64,000 nucleotides of DNA from Camelus ferus (lineage: Eukaryota). Within the stretch, counting starts at the first letter, position 1; each line of letters opens with the position of its first letter. The position numbers and the translations under genes were made by a program. The notes under the pieces were generated by a model that saw nothing but the letters and a program-made list of their open reading frames with translations, ran no database searches and was not told the DNA's origin. This document shows, piece by piece, positions 36,691-50,466 of this stretch. Location of the stretch: positions 2,110,001 through 2,174,000 of the forward strand of contig NC_045696.1 of the NCBI RefSeq assembly GCF_009834535.1. The letters are read 5' to 3'.

Positions 36691-38599
36691 GTAGGGATTG
36701 AAAATGGAGTAAACTCAATGGGTTTCAAATGCCCACGTCGGCGTCTGTCCAGGGTGGGGGGGTCCCCACCCACTTCGCGGTCCCGGAGCCACCCCGACCC
36801 AGGTGTGGCCTGGAAAAGGTCAGACTGCCCCAAGTCAGAGCACGCAGTCCCCTGTCCCTTGGCAGTCTGCCTTATTTGAGCTTCCTATCTGAATACAAAC
36901 TCAGACCATCTCAGACATACAAACATTTCAAAGTAAAGGATGGTTTCCAAGAACATTAATCAGACCTGTGAAACGTCATGTAGAAAGTGAAGTGAAGGCT
37001 GCCACAGGCTTCCCCGAGGTGGCGCACCTGCGACCCCACGAGCTCGTGCCCCCAGGAGGTGAGCCCCGCCCTCCTCCTCACTGACCTCGAGACCCTGGAC
37101 GAGGAGGGATCAGAGGAGTGCCCAGCACTCCAGAAATCACAGCACAGCAGTGTCTGAGGAACAGACCTTGCTTGTGTTTTTCTGAGGGGACCCAACCTCT
37201 TTCTGAGGCCCCTTTCAGACCACCCTGCTCAGGTAGGACAGGCCAGTGGCTGAGGGGGTCAGCTGCCTTCAGGGCAGCCCTAGCCCCGGGCTGGCTGCAG
37301 TCCCGCCCCGGCCCGGCCCCAGCCTTAGCGCCCAGCAGAAACTGCACGTGAGCTGAATACGAATCCCACAGGGGAAGTGACCAGTCACACATCTCTCACC
37401 AGAAGCCCCAGTACGTAGACAACACACTTACTTCCAAGGATACGAGTTATAACAAAATTTGCTAATATTTAAAAGGCATAAGAGAGAAACATTTTCTGAG
37501 TTTAATGGTAACATGGCCAGATAAAGAGTTACCAGGGAATCTGGTGACTTTTACAGACTCGTCCAGCTGTTACAAATAGTTAATACTTAAGCCTGAGGAA
37601 GAAGATGGAGCTTTCTGCCTCTTTCTAGCACTGGACTTCTCTCCTCTCTCAATAAACACTCATGAAGCACTGCCGTGGGCATCCAAACTGTTTTCGAGCC
37701 CCAAGGGATGAGGAGTGTCCCAGACCGCCTGAGGTCAGGGGGCAGGCTTTACTAGACAGAGGACCAAGAGTCAGAGTAATGCGCTGGGCGGGAGGCAAGA
37801 AAATGAAGTTCATGAAACGGCAAAGATTCAGAAGGATTAATTTCACCTACTGATTAATTTCCCATTATGGTGGTGATGATTGTGCAAATTTACATTTTTT
37901 AAATTGCTTATTAACTTTTAATTCCTTCTAGTCAGCACAAAACAGCGTAGGAAGCTGGGCAGGGCTGCTGGGAAGTCCTAGCAGAGCTGGGACGCCCGCC
38001 CCCGCACCGCGAGGGCGGCCCCGCCCTCCGTCCAGCTCCCTGGAACCGTCTCCCCCACCCCTCCCCCAGCTGCTCTCTCCTTCCCGCCCGGCCTCCTGGC
38101 TCCAGGGCAGACGGGAGCACACACACCAATGACAGATCTGCTGACCGCACCAAGAAACAATGCTGCATTCATCCTACACGTTATCTCCATAGTGCATGTG
38201 CTGGAACGGCCATCTCACCGTTCAGTGCGTGCTCTTGGGCTGAAACCTTTAGGTCAACAGCAGTGAGTGGGGCACAACAGGCTTTTCTCTAGGATCAGAT
38301 GCCAGAGCACAATCCAATATGTGGTCACTTTACAAATGTCACAGAATTTGGGCCCTGGGACCAAGAACAGTAAATTTTAATTCCATTGATACTACTACTT
38401 TTCTCTGGACCCTTTCCTTCCCCACAAAAAAACAGTGGCTGAAATAAGCTACACTATCAGCAAGAACTCGTTAACTCAAGTTCTTTTTTCACTTTCTTAT
38501 TGCTTTCTTTGATCTCTGCCTACATCTTTGTAAACAGCCCTTTTACTAAATTCTCCTCCCTTTATGCAGCTTGAATCCCATTTGTTTTCTATCAGGATG

Positions 38600-39450
38600 C
38601 TGACTTATACAAAGAATGAAGACAGAAATTATGATAAACTCAGGATAGGCAGGGGTTCAGAAATTTTAATTTCCACTCATCCTTTATGAAAAGATTACTT
38701 GAGGATATTGTCCAGCCAAACAAGAAGGAATCTAATGAAGAGGAAGACATGAGATTTAAGAAAAAGAAGAAATAGCCCCATTAAGAAATTAAAAGAAATG
38801 CCAGGATAACAACTTTCTAGATGGCCTGGAAAGAAATTGGTCCAAATAAAACAGGAAACCTTTTAAAGAGAAAGCAGAATTTGTTCAACAAAGATTATAA
38901 TTAAGGAGCTGACAGTTTTTGCTATTGAAGAAGGAATATGTTTCTTTTCTCAAAAATAAAAAGCAAAGCAATTAAGATTTTCAAGTAATAAAAAATGATA
39001 TGCAAGGAAATTGTGACCCAAACATAAATCAAATTAACATGGGGCGTGATGTCCCACAATTGGTTTAATGAGGTGCTTAAAACGCCCTCCTTCAAGCAGC
39101 AAAAACTTGGATTTCCAGTTCCTTCTTGTGGCATATACAGCAACTAATTTTTAAATTTTTATTGTGAAAAAAACTTTTTATTGTGAATGCTATTTCTGGC
39201 CTTCTAATATTTAAAATCAACCTAGAAAGAAGCATGGATATTTTAATTACAATTAAACAACAGAACATGAACATCATAAACCTAAATTATTTTATATAAT
39301 AGGGGGGTCAAGAGATTTTTTGTCTAAGTCGATCCAACAAAAAGTGGAAATTTAAGTACATTAAAGTTTTGAGGGGGCAGTAAAATAACAAAAAATAACA
39401 ATACACTGGCAGCACTGGAGAGAAGGTGGGAGGCCTGTGAGTTGACTAAA
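38600..39450 (+). mobile_element. Ancient A-rich L1M-like fragment
   Basis: A-rich with L1M-like phrases (aaagattacttgaggatattgtccagccaaac). Weak assignment. Confidence 0.4.
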
Positions 39451-39607
39451 TCCCTAATCCCTGACAGTACCGCCGAGGAGGCCGAGGGTCTGGTCTGTCT
39501 TACACACTGACAGCCAAAGGTCTAGGACAGTGCCTGGGGCACGGTAGCTGCTCAGTGAAAATCTGTTGGGGAACTGAGTAAAATTAGTAAATCAAGAAAC
39601 AGAAGCA

Positions 39608-40783
39608 GTAGATCTTAGCAATGTTTTCCTAGGGCAGTCTACCCAGGTAATGGAAATATAAGCGAAAATAAACAAATGGGACCTAATTAAACGTATAAGC
39701 TTTTGTACTGCAAAAGAAACCATAAGCAAAACAAAAAGACAACCTACGGAATGGGAGAAAATATTTGCAAAAGATGAGACTAACAAGGGCTTAATTTCCA
39801 GAACATATGAGCAGCTCATACAACTTAATAAGAAAAAACAAACAACCCAATCCAAAACTGGGCAGCAGACCTAAACAAGCAATTCTCCAATGGAGACGTA
39901 CGAATGGCCAACAGGCACATGAAAAAATGCTCAATGTCGCTAATTATCAGAGAAATGCAAATCAAAACCATGAGGTATCACCTCTCATCAGCCAGAATGG
40001 CCATCATTAAAGAGTCCACAAATGATAAATGCTGGAGAGGGTGTGGAGAAAAGGGAACCCTCCTACACTGCTGGTGGAAATGTAAATTGGTGCAGTCACT
40101 GTGGAAAGCAGTATGGAGATTCCTCAAAAGACTAAAAAGAGCTCTCATATGATCCAGCAATCCCACTCCTGAGTATATATCCAGAGGGAACTTTAAGCTG
40201 AAAAGATACATGCACCTCAGTGTTCACAGCAGCGCTATTTACAACAGCCAAGACATGGAAGCAACCTAAATGTCCAATGACAGATGACTGGATAAAGAAG
40301 TTGTGGGGTATTTATACAATGGAATACTACTCAGCCATAAAAATGATAAAATAATGCCATTTGCAGCAACATGGATGGACCTGGAAATGGTCATACTGAG
40401 TGAAGTAAGCCAGAAAGAGAAAGAAAAATACCATATGATATCACTCATATGTGGAATCTAAAAAAGACAAATGAACTTATTTACAAAACAGAAACAGACT
40501 CACAGAAAACACACTTATGGTTACCGGGGGGAAGGGGGTAGGAGGGAATAAATTGGGAGTATGAGATTTGCAGATACTGACTGATATATATAAAATAAAC
40601 AAGTTTCTGCTGCACAGCAAGATAGTCAATATCTTGTAGTGACCTGTAATGAAAACAAATACATGTGTGTACATGTGTGACTGAAGCACTGTGCTGTGCA
40701 CCAGAAATAGACGCAACATTGTAAACTGACTACACTTCAAAAAAAAAGAGATATTCTTCTATTATCTCCTAAAAAAAAAAAAA
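39608..40783 (+). mobile_element. 5'-truncated LINE-1 with perfect 14-bp TSD
   Basis: ORF2 C-terminal peptides ([27 protein letters not shown]...[17 protein letters not shown]). TSD aagaaacagaagca at 39594-39607 and 40784-40797. Confidence 0.95.
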
Positions 40784-40924
40784 AAGAAACAGAAGCACGT
40801 GCAAACTATGCAGAACCAGACCCAGGGCTGACTGGACACGGCCACCTCTGAGGACAGCACTACAATGGGGAGGCAGCTGGGAAACCCACTTCCCTGCCGT
40901 CCACTCTGTGCTGCAGGAGTTTTT

Positions 40925-41133
40925 AATTTTTTTTATTTTATTTTTTTAACATTTTTTATTGATTTATAATCATTTTACAATGTTGTGTCAAATTCCAGTG
41001 TTCAGCACAATTTTTCAGTTATTCATGGACATATACACACTCATTGTCACATTTTTTTCTCTGTGAGTTATCATAACATTTTGTGTATATTTCCCTGTGC
41101 TATACAGTGTAGTCTATTCTACAATTTTGAAAT
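40925..41133 (-). mobile_element. Short LINE-1 3'-end insertion with 13-bp TSD
   Basis: The reverse complement resembles the 3'UTR at 35695-35890. TSD tgcaggagttttt at 40912-40924 and 41134-41146. Confidence 0.9.
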
Positions 41134-44100
41134 TGCAGGAGTTTTTTTAAACCAGTGCACATTACTATGTTTATAGTTATAAAAACGTCAAAGCATTTAC
41201 GTGCATGGATCCACGCTGATTATGAAATAACATCTTCAAAGTTGAAAAACAGACCCTTGTGTAACTCTGTCGAGCAAGAATGATCCACAGGTTTCAGTTC
41301 GGTTTAATGCATCCGCCCCCCGCCCCTGGGGCCCCGCGCCCACCGCAGTTTTCTCCACCTAGGAGGGGAACGTGTTGGGCCCGAGGCTCAGGACCCTGGA
41401 TTCTTGTCCCATGTCTGTGGCCTCAGCACGTGACACGATCACTTTGAAATCCAGTTTCTGGTTTGAAGACGTGACTAAGACAACCTTACTACCTACCCGT
41501 GGCCTGGGGTGGCTCTGAGGGTTAATAAGAGCATCAACGCCACGGGGCCCCCCTTAATAACTGCTGAGGGCTGAGGGACCCTCATGAGCAGGTTTTACAG
41601 GGTACTCGGCAGGTCAGCAAAACAAAGGTGCTGTTTTCCCTACAAATAACAGACACTGGACTCCTGCGCATGTGCAACACGGCACAGTTCAGCTGCTAAT
41701 CCCAAGAAATGCCTTGCTGCCAGAGGGTCGCACTGTCACATTAGTTGGGGAGGTTCTGTTGCCCCCCTCCCCATGCTGAACAGAACAGACACGCACTCTG
41801 AGAGGCTGGGCAGGAAGGAAGCAGTCTGACCGGTTACCTTCCTGAACTATGAGCCCAGGGACGCTTTCAGCGTCTCCTGTCTGCAGCGGCACTAACTCAG
41901 ACTCACTGCCCCCCCCGACTCTGCACTGGTGAGGTTTTAAATAACATTTACACACACAGGTTTCATTTCAAAGGGTGGGGTTGAAATCTGATTACTGGAT
42001 ATGGTTATAAATCAGTAACATTAAAAACAGCTACTGTTATAATTTTGAACAAGTTTTTGGTGCTAGGGAGGAAAAAAAAAGCAAAAACCCCAGAGCAGTA
42101 ACTACACTTCAACCAAGATGACAGGGAGGGAAATTTATCAACAAGCCAGGTTTGGGAGGCTGCGGACAGGTGGCACTGGCAGTGCCAACCACACACGTCC
42201 ACGGCGGGGGGCCTCCGCCGGAGAGCGCGGGATAGAGTGTGAGAAGTAAGACTTCCGCCAGGGCCGCCACTGCGCACCTGCGCACATGGTACACGAGCCA
42301 CTGGAATGTCTTTTCCTACTGGGTATTTCTTAGTGGCAGGAATTTTGTTTCTTTAAAGAAGAGGAAAATCGTAAGCCAATGCCGCAAACAGCTTCAGCAA
42401 TAAGGGCAAGGAACCTGCGAAGTATTTAAAACACGAGGAAAGGGCAACACAGCTCTGCCTGTTTCCCCCAAAGGGAGTGACCTTAGCCACGCCTCAGCCC
42501 CACGCCTCCCCGCACCCGTGGGGTCCTGGGCAGTGGACACAGCCAGAGTGGAGTCCATCGGGCTGACCCAGCATCTTCTCGTGCACTGTGCTGGGTCCTG
42601 GGGCTCTTACCCCTGAATCTGAACCTGATCCTGAGAAAAGCAAGCTTGCGCCCCAGCCACAGTGTCCAGACGTGGTGACCCTGCAGACAGACGTGTAAGG
42701 GGCTGAGCTCCCGCCCCCCCTCACCCCGGTCAGAGGTTCTGTGGCACCTCCTGTGGCCCTGCGCTTGGCTGGACCAGACTTCCCTGCGTAAAGAGGCGCT
42801 CCCTCACAGGTGGGGTGCCTTCTCCCCAGGGCACGCCGGCCGCGTCCAGCCCCTTTGCTAGTGACGACCTGACACCCGGCACGAGACGGAGCCCACCTCG
42901 GCCAGAGTCCTTGCCCACGGACCGGACAGACGAGGCAATGGCCTCTCCCCCGGCTGCTGTGACGTCTGGCGGGGCAGCTGGGACCGCTGCGGCCTCCCAG
43001 GCGTCCGCCAGGGGAAGGCCCCGCCTGCTGGACTTTCTGTATTGTTCCCATCAGCGGGAGCTGAGGTTACACGATCCACAGCTGAAAATGTCCAAGAGAG
43101 GCCGTGCACCCTTCCCTAGACGCGCCTCCACGTTTAGGAAGGTGCAGCACCTTCCGACGTGGAGCTGAGCGGTGCTCGGTCCAGGGAGCTGTGGACTCCC
43201 ACTGCCCCGCAGGAAGGCCTTGGCCAGGCCGCTCTCAGCAAGTCCAGAGCGGGACTCGGGGTCCCCAGGGAGAACAGCAGCGGAAAAGGCCGTGCTCAAG
43301 TCCCACACTGACCAGGAGGAGACAGCTCTGCAGACCCGGAGAGCGAAACCCTCGCTGTTTCCTCCCAGTTCTGAGCCCCGGGGACTTGACTGGCAGATCA
43401 CAGCTGCGCCGGGAACGTTCTTTGAATGGGGTCTCTGCCCATCTGTGGATCAGTGACCCTTTGGTCGCCGGGACAAGTGTCAGAGAAGGACACATGGATG
43501 ACACACTGGACTAGAAAGCCAGCGAGCCCCTCCCCCCGATGCAGGTGTGACGCAGTCCGTGGCCCTTCTCAGGCCAGGCCGTCTCTGACCTGGGCCCAGC
43601 AGCCCTGCCGGCCTCAGAACCCGCACACACTGCTCCCTCTTGGCTGGCCATCCTGACAGGGTGACGCATCAGGCAGACACCGCCACCACCCACCCCGGGT
43701 GCCCGAGGACGGCCCCACACGGAGGCCACTTGTGGGCAGAGGTGTCGCACACCTGTGCCGTGGTCCTGCACCCTCAGAAGTGTCCTGAAGTCCATGATCA
43801 AGGAAGCAGTCCCTCTCATGGGGCCTTGCTGGGGCCTGGGGCCACTCCGTAACAACTGCCCCACTCACCCTCAAAGAGGCCAGAACCCATCTAATAAGGG
43901 ACCAGTGTCTGATTAGGAATTAGGGCTAATCCCACACCAATGTGCTACCTCTTGGTTCTGTGCAATCCTCATTTGTCAGTTGTTCAACCACATTTACATA
44001 AGATCTGAAACGCAAAAAGCTCTGGGCGCGAATTCATGCTGCAGAGTTCGGAGGGGAGGCCCTGCTGGAGAGCACATGGGGCTGCACCCCTGGAACAGCG

Positions 44101-47100
44101 CCCCCCCCCCCATCAAACACAGGCATTAATCAGATCTACCGGAGAGCAAGCTTCCCAGTCAGAACAGAATTCCCAGCCCGATCGAGTGTGCTCTGAGGAG
44201 ACACGACGGCCTGGGACAGAGCCCTCAGAAGATGGGCCACTCTCCACGGGAAACCACCCCACTCCCCAGCTCTGAGAACAAAGTGCTCCCCAGACTGGGG
44301 CCTGGGCTTCCTCATGGCCCCCACCCCACCCCGGGCGGGTGGCTCTCCTCCTGTGGAGCCATGGTTGCAGACTGTGTGCAAGGTTGTGCAGACACCGGGC
44401 TGACATCCTTGTCTGCTCTCCAGGTAGAATCTGGGGGCCCAGAGCTCACAGGCCCCGTTTGTGACCCCAGCCTCGTGAGGGGCCAGCTGGACCAGAGAAC
44501 CCAGAGCCCCAGGCGGGCGTGGTCCCCAACCCGCCAACTCTGCGTATGCACAGCAGGAACGGTGGGCACCCCCATCACAACTGCGCCAAGGGTCATCAGT
44601 GACGCTCTGGAAACCAGGTCATCACTCATGGCTACAACAGATCACGTCCCATTGACGGAAATGACCCGTCTTCTGCTTAGCTTACAGACCGACACATAAG
44701 TCAGCGGCCCCTGCAGCACCCACCCTGGGGAGACGTGAGGTCAGAGGCCAGAGAGCACGGGAAGCAGACGGGCCTGAGCGTCAGGCACTTCTCCTCGGAG
44801 ACCTCCTGAGCACCTGCTGGTACCAACTCAATGGGCGGAAACCTGATCCTTCTTCAGGAAGGCTCCGAACCAGAGCGAGTGGCGAGGGGCCGGTCAGTCC
44901 CTGGAGCAAGTGCCCTGGGCAGAACTGGCTCCTGCCGCCACCTCCCTCCCCCGCCGCGAGGTCGCCATCCCAGGGGAGGGAGAATGGAGCGGAAGGGCCA
45001 CAGCAGAAGCAGACGTGGGCATGGGACCCCCCAGGTCGGCCCAGCCGGCCACGCTCACCAGTAGAAGTAATAGGCCAAGGCCACGGCCAGCAGGCCGGTG
45101 CAGACGCCCCAGAACAGGCAGGTCGAGTAGCTGGCCAGCATCTTCAGACCCTTGTGAGAGTCGGTGAGAGGAGACGGCGGCGTGGACGGGTCAGCCTCCC
45201 CAAAGGATAAGGAAGGGGATTATGGCCCCGTCTACACTGCCTGGGTCTGACGGGCTGTGGCCGCCCAGACCATCCGCTCAGCAGAGGACACTGCTTCCGG
45301 GGTGCCGCCTTCCCTGCAGCGGCCTGCGGGTCTCAGAGGCCAACTCGGAGGAAAACAGGGACGTCCTGGGGCAGCACAGTAAAACACAGGCCTTCCCTCT
45401 GCCGTAGGGGGGGCTCCACTAGGCGCCCGCTAATCCAATAAGCGGCTTTCGGCCTGGAGCCGTTGCAAGCAGGTGGTGTCACGGGGCTCGGCCAGGAGAC
45501 AGGTCAATGGGCTCCACCCACCCCGACCCAGGACTGTGGCCGGAGGGCACACACGGGACCCCGACGTGGCCTGGGGTGGGTGTGCAGTGGGCTAGACAGG
45601 CCGGTGCTCGGCCCTGGGCTGGAAGGGGCTGGGCAGACCCCCTCTCAGTGGGGCCAGGTCCCAGGCCCACGGGCTCCCCAGCCTCCCCACCACCCCGGAC
45701 GCCGGGAAGTTCCAACTCCAGGTGCCGTGTGCATGGCCGCTCCGGCACTGCCAGGGGCGCCTCTCCCTGTGAGGACCTGGGGGAAGGGTGTGGAAGGAAC
45801 CGGACACATGAACAAGCAAACGTGGGGTCTGTCCTCCCACGCCCCCCCAGCCTGAGACGGCTGGGCCTGCAAGGAGGGGCTGAGAGCAGATGAAGGGACC
45901 CAGGACAGAGGCATCCCCTGAGGAACCTGTCCCCAAGGCACGGGGCCCGGCACAGAGGAGTTCCTGGAGGAGTCTTCATGCTGGATTGGGGTGAAGTGAC
46001 ACTCATTCCTCTGTGCATCCTTCATGGTGCTCAGTACAAGAGACCCTCTTCCAAAAGCAGCTGCCCCAGCAGCTCCCAGCGCCCCCGCACCCCCCGCCCA
46101 CTCGCAGCCCCGGGCTCTGCACAGCAGAGGACCTGCCCTGTGCTCCACGGTGAGTCTGCAGTGCTCTGGCACCCCGTGTGACCCGAGGCTGCTGTCCTGG
46201 GGCCTCAGACAGGCTGCCGTAAGGCTTCTTCTGATACTCGGTTCTGCACCCCGGCCTCCGGCTCCGGGCCCGAGATGCTCTCAGGAGAGGAGGCGGCCAC
46301 TGCTCCCCACATAGTCCATGGGAGGGGCTGGGAGGGCTGCCCTGAGGACTGTCCCACTGGATGAGGCTTCCCGCGTCCTTAATCCCCAGAGCAGCCGGAG
46401 GAAGTGCTGACCTGGCTTGGGGGGGGGGGGGGCGGTTCCCCGAGGAAGGACACCGCCTCCATCTTCTGATGAAAAATGACAGAGCCCTCCTCTCTCAGAG
46501 CGGCTCCCTGATCTCCGTCTGCATGACCATGACGGGCCACCTGACGTCCGGCAGACCCAGGGTCCTCGTGGCATCTGTTCTCGGGTCGGGGACGCTGCCC
46601 GGGAGGCTGTCTGGCTCGGAGCTCCAGGAAGGGCGGCAGGTGCCCTTGACTGACCCACGACTGGTGGCATCTGGATTCGCCCTCTGCCCTGAAACCAGTT
46701 CTCATTTAAAAAGCTGTTGTGAGGACGTTCTGTGGCCCGGCTGGCTCTGCCCCCTCTGTGTCTGCTGGTGCCTCCGGGCCTCCTCCACCACCAAGGTCGG
46801 CCCCTGTACCGCAGGAGACAGGCCACAGCCCAACTGGCTGCTGCTGGCGGCATCCTCAATGGTCGCCTTCTGACCAGGCCTTTAAGACACTCCCCACATC
46901 CCGTTCCCAGCCTCCTGCCGTGTCCGCAGGGCACCAGGCAAGCTCAGGGGTGGAGGGTCGGTGGCCCACGTGGCTTCGGGCCCCTCGGAGCCTCTGTCCT
47001 CAGACCGCACCCCTGGGGGCTCCTCCAGGGGCTGAGCTGGGTCTGTCCTCCTCTGTTCTGCACTGGACGCTGGGCCCTGGGTGGGCAGTGACGGGCCTTA

Positions 47101-50100
47101 GACCGTCCCTTGGGCCCAGTGCTCTCTGAGGACGTGTGGGGATGGAGGACAGAACGGTCAGGCTAAGCCTGCATCGCTCCCACACCTGCGAAGCCCAGTG
47201 TTTGACACTGAGGGCGCAGCGGCTTGGGGAACAGGCTGTCTGGCCGATGTGGCCCTGACCCCTGGGCTCCCTGGGACTGTGGACCTTCAGGGTCTCAGCG
47301 GGTCCTAGAAAGAGTCCCGGTGAGGGGTGCACAGCAGACGTGGCCATCTGGCCAGGTGCCCCCCCCAAGCTGGGCCTCAGTCTTCCCTGCTGTAAAGTGG
47401 GGGTGACAGCTGCACCCACAGTCAACGACTGGGGGAGGCCTTAGACGGTCCCCAGGGAGGCAGCTGGGAGGGTGCCTGGCCTGAGCACCAAGCGGGCATC
47501 TCTCACGATGCCATCACCACCGCCCCCGTATCACTTCCGAAGGAGGTTAAAAGGAACACCCGAGATTTCTCTCCAGCCGTGAACCAGCCGGAAGGACAGC
47601 CTCAGACTGCGCGGGACGCGGGGGCAGCTGCCGCTGTTTGCGACGCTCCGTGTGACTTGTGTGAAACGCAGCAAACCTGAACGTTCAGTCTCTCGGTTTC
47701 ATTTATTCTGAAATAAAGGCTGGCACAGGAATTTTGCCCAAGTCCCCCTGCGCAGTGTTTCTGCTGGACGGAGACCCCCTGTCAGGGGCCTGCCTGCTGG
47801 GGCTCGGGGCTCCCCGAGGGAAGGACCCTCACCGCCCTCGGCTGAGAGCCACCCCAGGAGCCAACGTCACCTCCACTACTGCTCAGATTTCACTGCCCAA
47901 GAACAAGTATCACACGAGAAAATGTCACTGGAATATAGGATCTCTAGATTATTTCCCTGGACCTGAAAATCAATGATTTATACCAAAATATTAAAAGACC
48001 AGGGAGCATGTTGACAGAATTTTCTGGTGGTTTCCAAAGAGCAGCAACATGAAAGGTATGTTTTTAAAGCTTGGTGAACCCTTCCTTAGACCAGATGACT
48101 CTTACGACATTCCCACATTCCCTTCCGTCCGCAGCTGCGTGACAGACGCTCAGGGGTGGCTGGTTGTCACCCTGGGCTAGCAGCGGTCATCACGCCCACC
48201 AGACTCGCAGAAGTACGGAAGGATGAACAGGCAGTCGCTATCACTGTGCAGTTTCAAAAAGACATTAACCCCCGCTGATACTCCTCGTCCCGCAGAGGAC
48301 CCCTTGCTGTCTGACCCCAAGGACAACAGGCGGCCGTCGGGGCCCACGAGGCAGAGCCCTAACGAGACTCAGACCCCGTCCCCAGGATCTGGGGTCCCAT
48401 AAGCTCCTGCCCCGGAAACGCAGGGCCAACACTCACGTGGAGAGCAGACGCGAGACAGCCCAACAGGAGGCCACGGGGGCCACACCAAGGTCACGCCAAG
48501 CGACAGGAACTGCGTGAGAATTATTTATTTCACGATCACAGTAACTCTGCCAACTCCACAGGATTCTGCCCAAGGTCACCAAATCACCGGCAGACCCAGG
48601 GCCTGAAACCAGTTTAGCCAACGAGGCCCCTGAGCCCTTGGCTGCCCCAGGGTTAGTTCCACCCCAGACGCCCCAGGGACGAGCCTGGCACCTCCCGTCC
48701 CCAGCAGTTCCCGGGGCCAGGGCGCCTGCAGTCGGTCCCGGCTTCTCCACCTGTTAAGGCACAGTCACCTGCCCCGCGGTCTTCCTGCAGACCTTAGGAG
48801 GACGGGCCCCGCCTACACTCAGAGGAACAGCAACAAGGCTCGAGGCTCAGGTTTCAGGACAAAACCCGCTTCTAAGCCCTCCTCTGCTCTGGGCCCCGGC
48901 TCTTGGCTCTCGGTGCGGGCAGAACACCCGCCCCGGGCGGCGTCCCCCTCACCAGGTCCTGCTGCATTCACTGGGTTACCGAGATGCCGCCAGCCTGCTG
49001 GGACGGCGCTGGTCCTGCAGCCTGTCTGTCCGTTGGCCCAGCACTCGAGCTGGGGAGACCCCTCAGACAGCGGCCACACGACCCACTTAGGGTCAAGGCG
49101 CCCAAAACTCTCACTAACGGCCCCCCGGGCCCCCAAGGCCTCGTGGGGCTCCTTCTGCGGAGAACGTCAGGCCCACACCTCCTTCTCACGCCCAGCACAT
49201 CCTTCCACTGATCGCCGGCCACGGAGCTCCTGGTGTTTGCCGGCAGCGCTTACCTAGAAAGGTTATGAGTTTCCTGAGCTTTCTCCTAGGGCCCCAGAGG
49301 AAGCAAGGAGAGGCCGTGTCCGCAGCCCAAGCACTTCCCGGAGAAGTCGCTCGACCCGCGTGCGGGAACCAGCCCTGAACACGCGGGGGAGGCGGCTTCC
49401 GGCCCCTCGCCTGGAGCTCTCACACTCCACGCTTCAACCCAGCCTGCCCTTCCACAGCTTAAATACATGAGCAAATAAGTAAATAACCGAAATAAACCGA
49501 CACGTGGAAAGCTCTTTGTTTTGCCCGGCTCTGGGGTAAAGGAGCCGGTGATGGCGGAGGGCCCAGGAGGAGGCTGGCGCTCTCGGGGACCAGCTGATTC
49601 AATGTCCTTCCAATCCACCCCGGGACCTCGGAGGACGCGGGTTACTAGGCAAACCAAACACAGGTAAACAGCCTGAGGTGCGAGCCCAGGAAAGCCCGCG
49701 GCCAAGTCCCCAGTGCTCTGAAGCACATTCGGGAAGACTGCGCAGCCCTGTTTGTGCGGCTGCACTTATCCTGCAGTGCCTACCCTCGAGGGCCACGCAC
49801 AGGGGGCAACGGCACGGGGCCGGGGACAAGGCTGCCACGTGGGGGGCTCACCTGCTGTGGGGCGGGGGGCGCTGGGAGACCACCAGCTCTGATCTAAGAC
49901 ATGGGGCCAACCTACAAGCCTTCCAAGGACGTGGGGCAGCGCTCCGGCCCGTGGCCACCCAGGCATTCAGATAAAACACACTGACTTTCCTAAGATTCTG
50001 CAGGTCAGGACTGGTCGGCAGGAGGCCCTCAGAGGGCGGTGACAGTCCAGTGGCGACAGCAGTGAGAAGACGTACACAGAGCACAGAAGCACCTGCAAGA

Positions 50101-50466
50101 ACTACCTCGTGGTCCTGGCGCCGTGCGAGGCGCAGCGTGGTCCTGGCGCCCCAGCCCTCCAGCTCCGGTGAAATGTCTCGAGTACAAAACACCCACAACT
50201 CTGTTTTTTGAAGATTTTGCAAATTGGCGAGATTCTGCAAATTGGTAAGTGGAATACATTTTTTTGCCATAAAATTTTGAAACCATGCAGAAGTACATAG
50301 TAAGAAGGGAAGAGTTGCTCTCAGCCCCGTCCCACCCCGGGGCCGACTACTGCCACTCTGGTGTCTCTTCTTCGGACCCATGTAGCTTCTGAGCGTGGCA
50401 GTTTCAAATTACCACACACCGTGATGCTGCGGCCTCCGCAACTTGGCCTCCTCACTCAGCGCCCTG

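Noticed and set aside
47701..47717. Back-to-back tttatt/aataaa hexamers
   Set aside because: No supporting terminal exon or clear downstream elements. Such hexamers are common in introns.
50108..50246. Short direct repeats (cgtggtcctggcgcc x2; agatt(t/c)tgcaaattgg x2)
   Set aside because: Two-copy microduplications with no array structure. Not CRISPR-like, and the window is eukaryotic.
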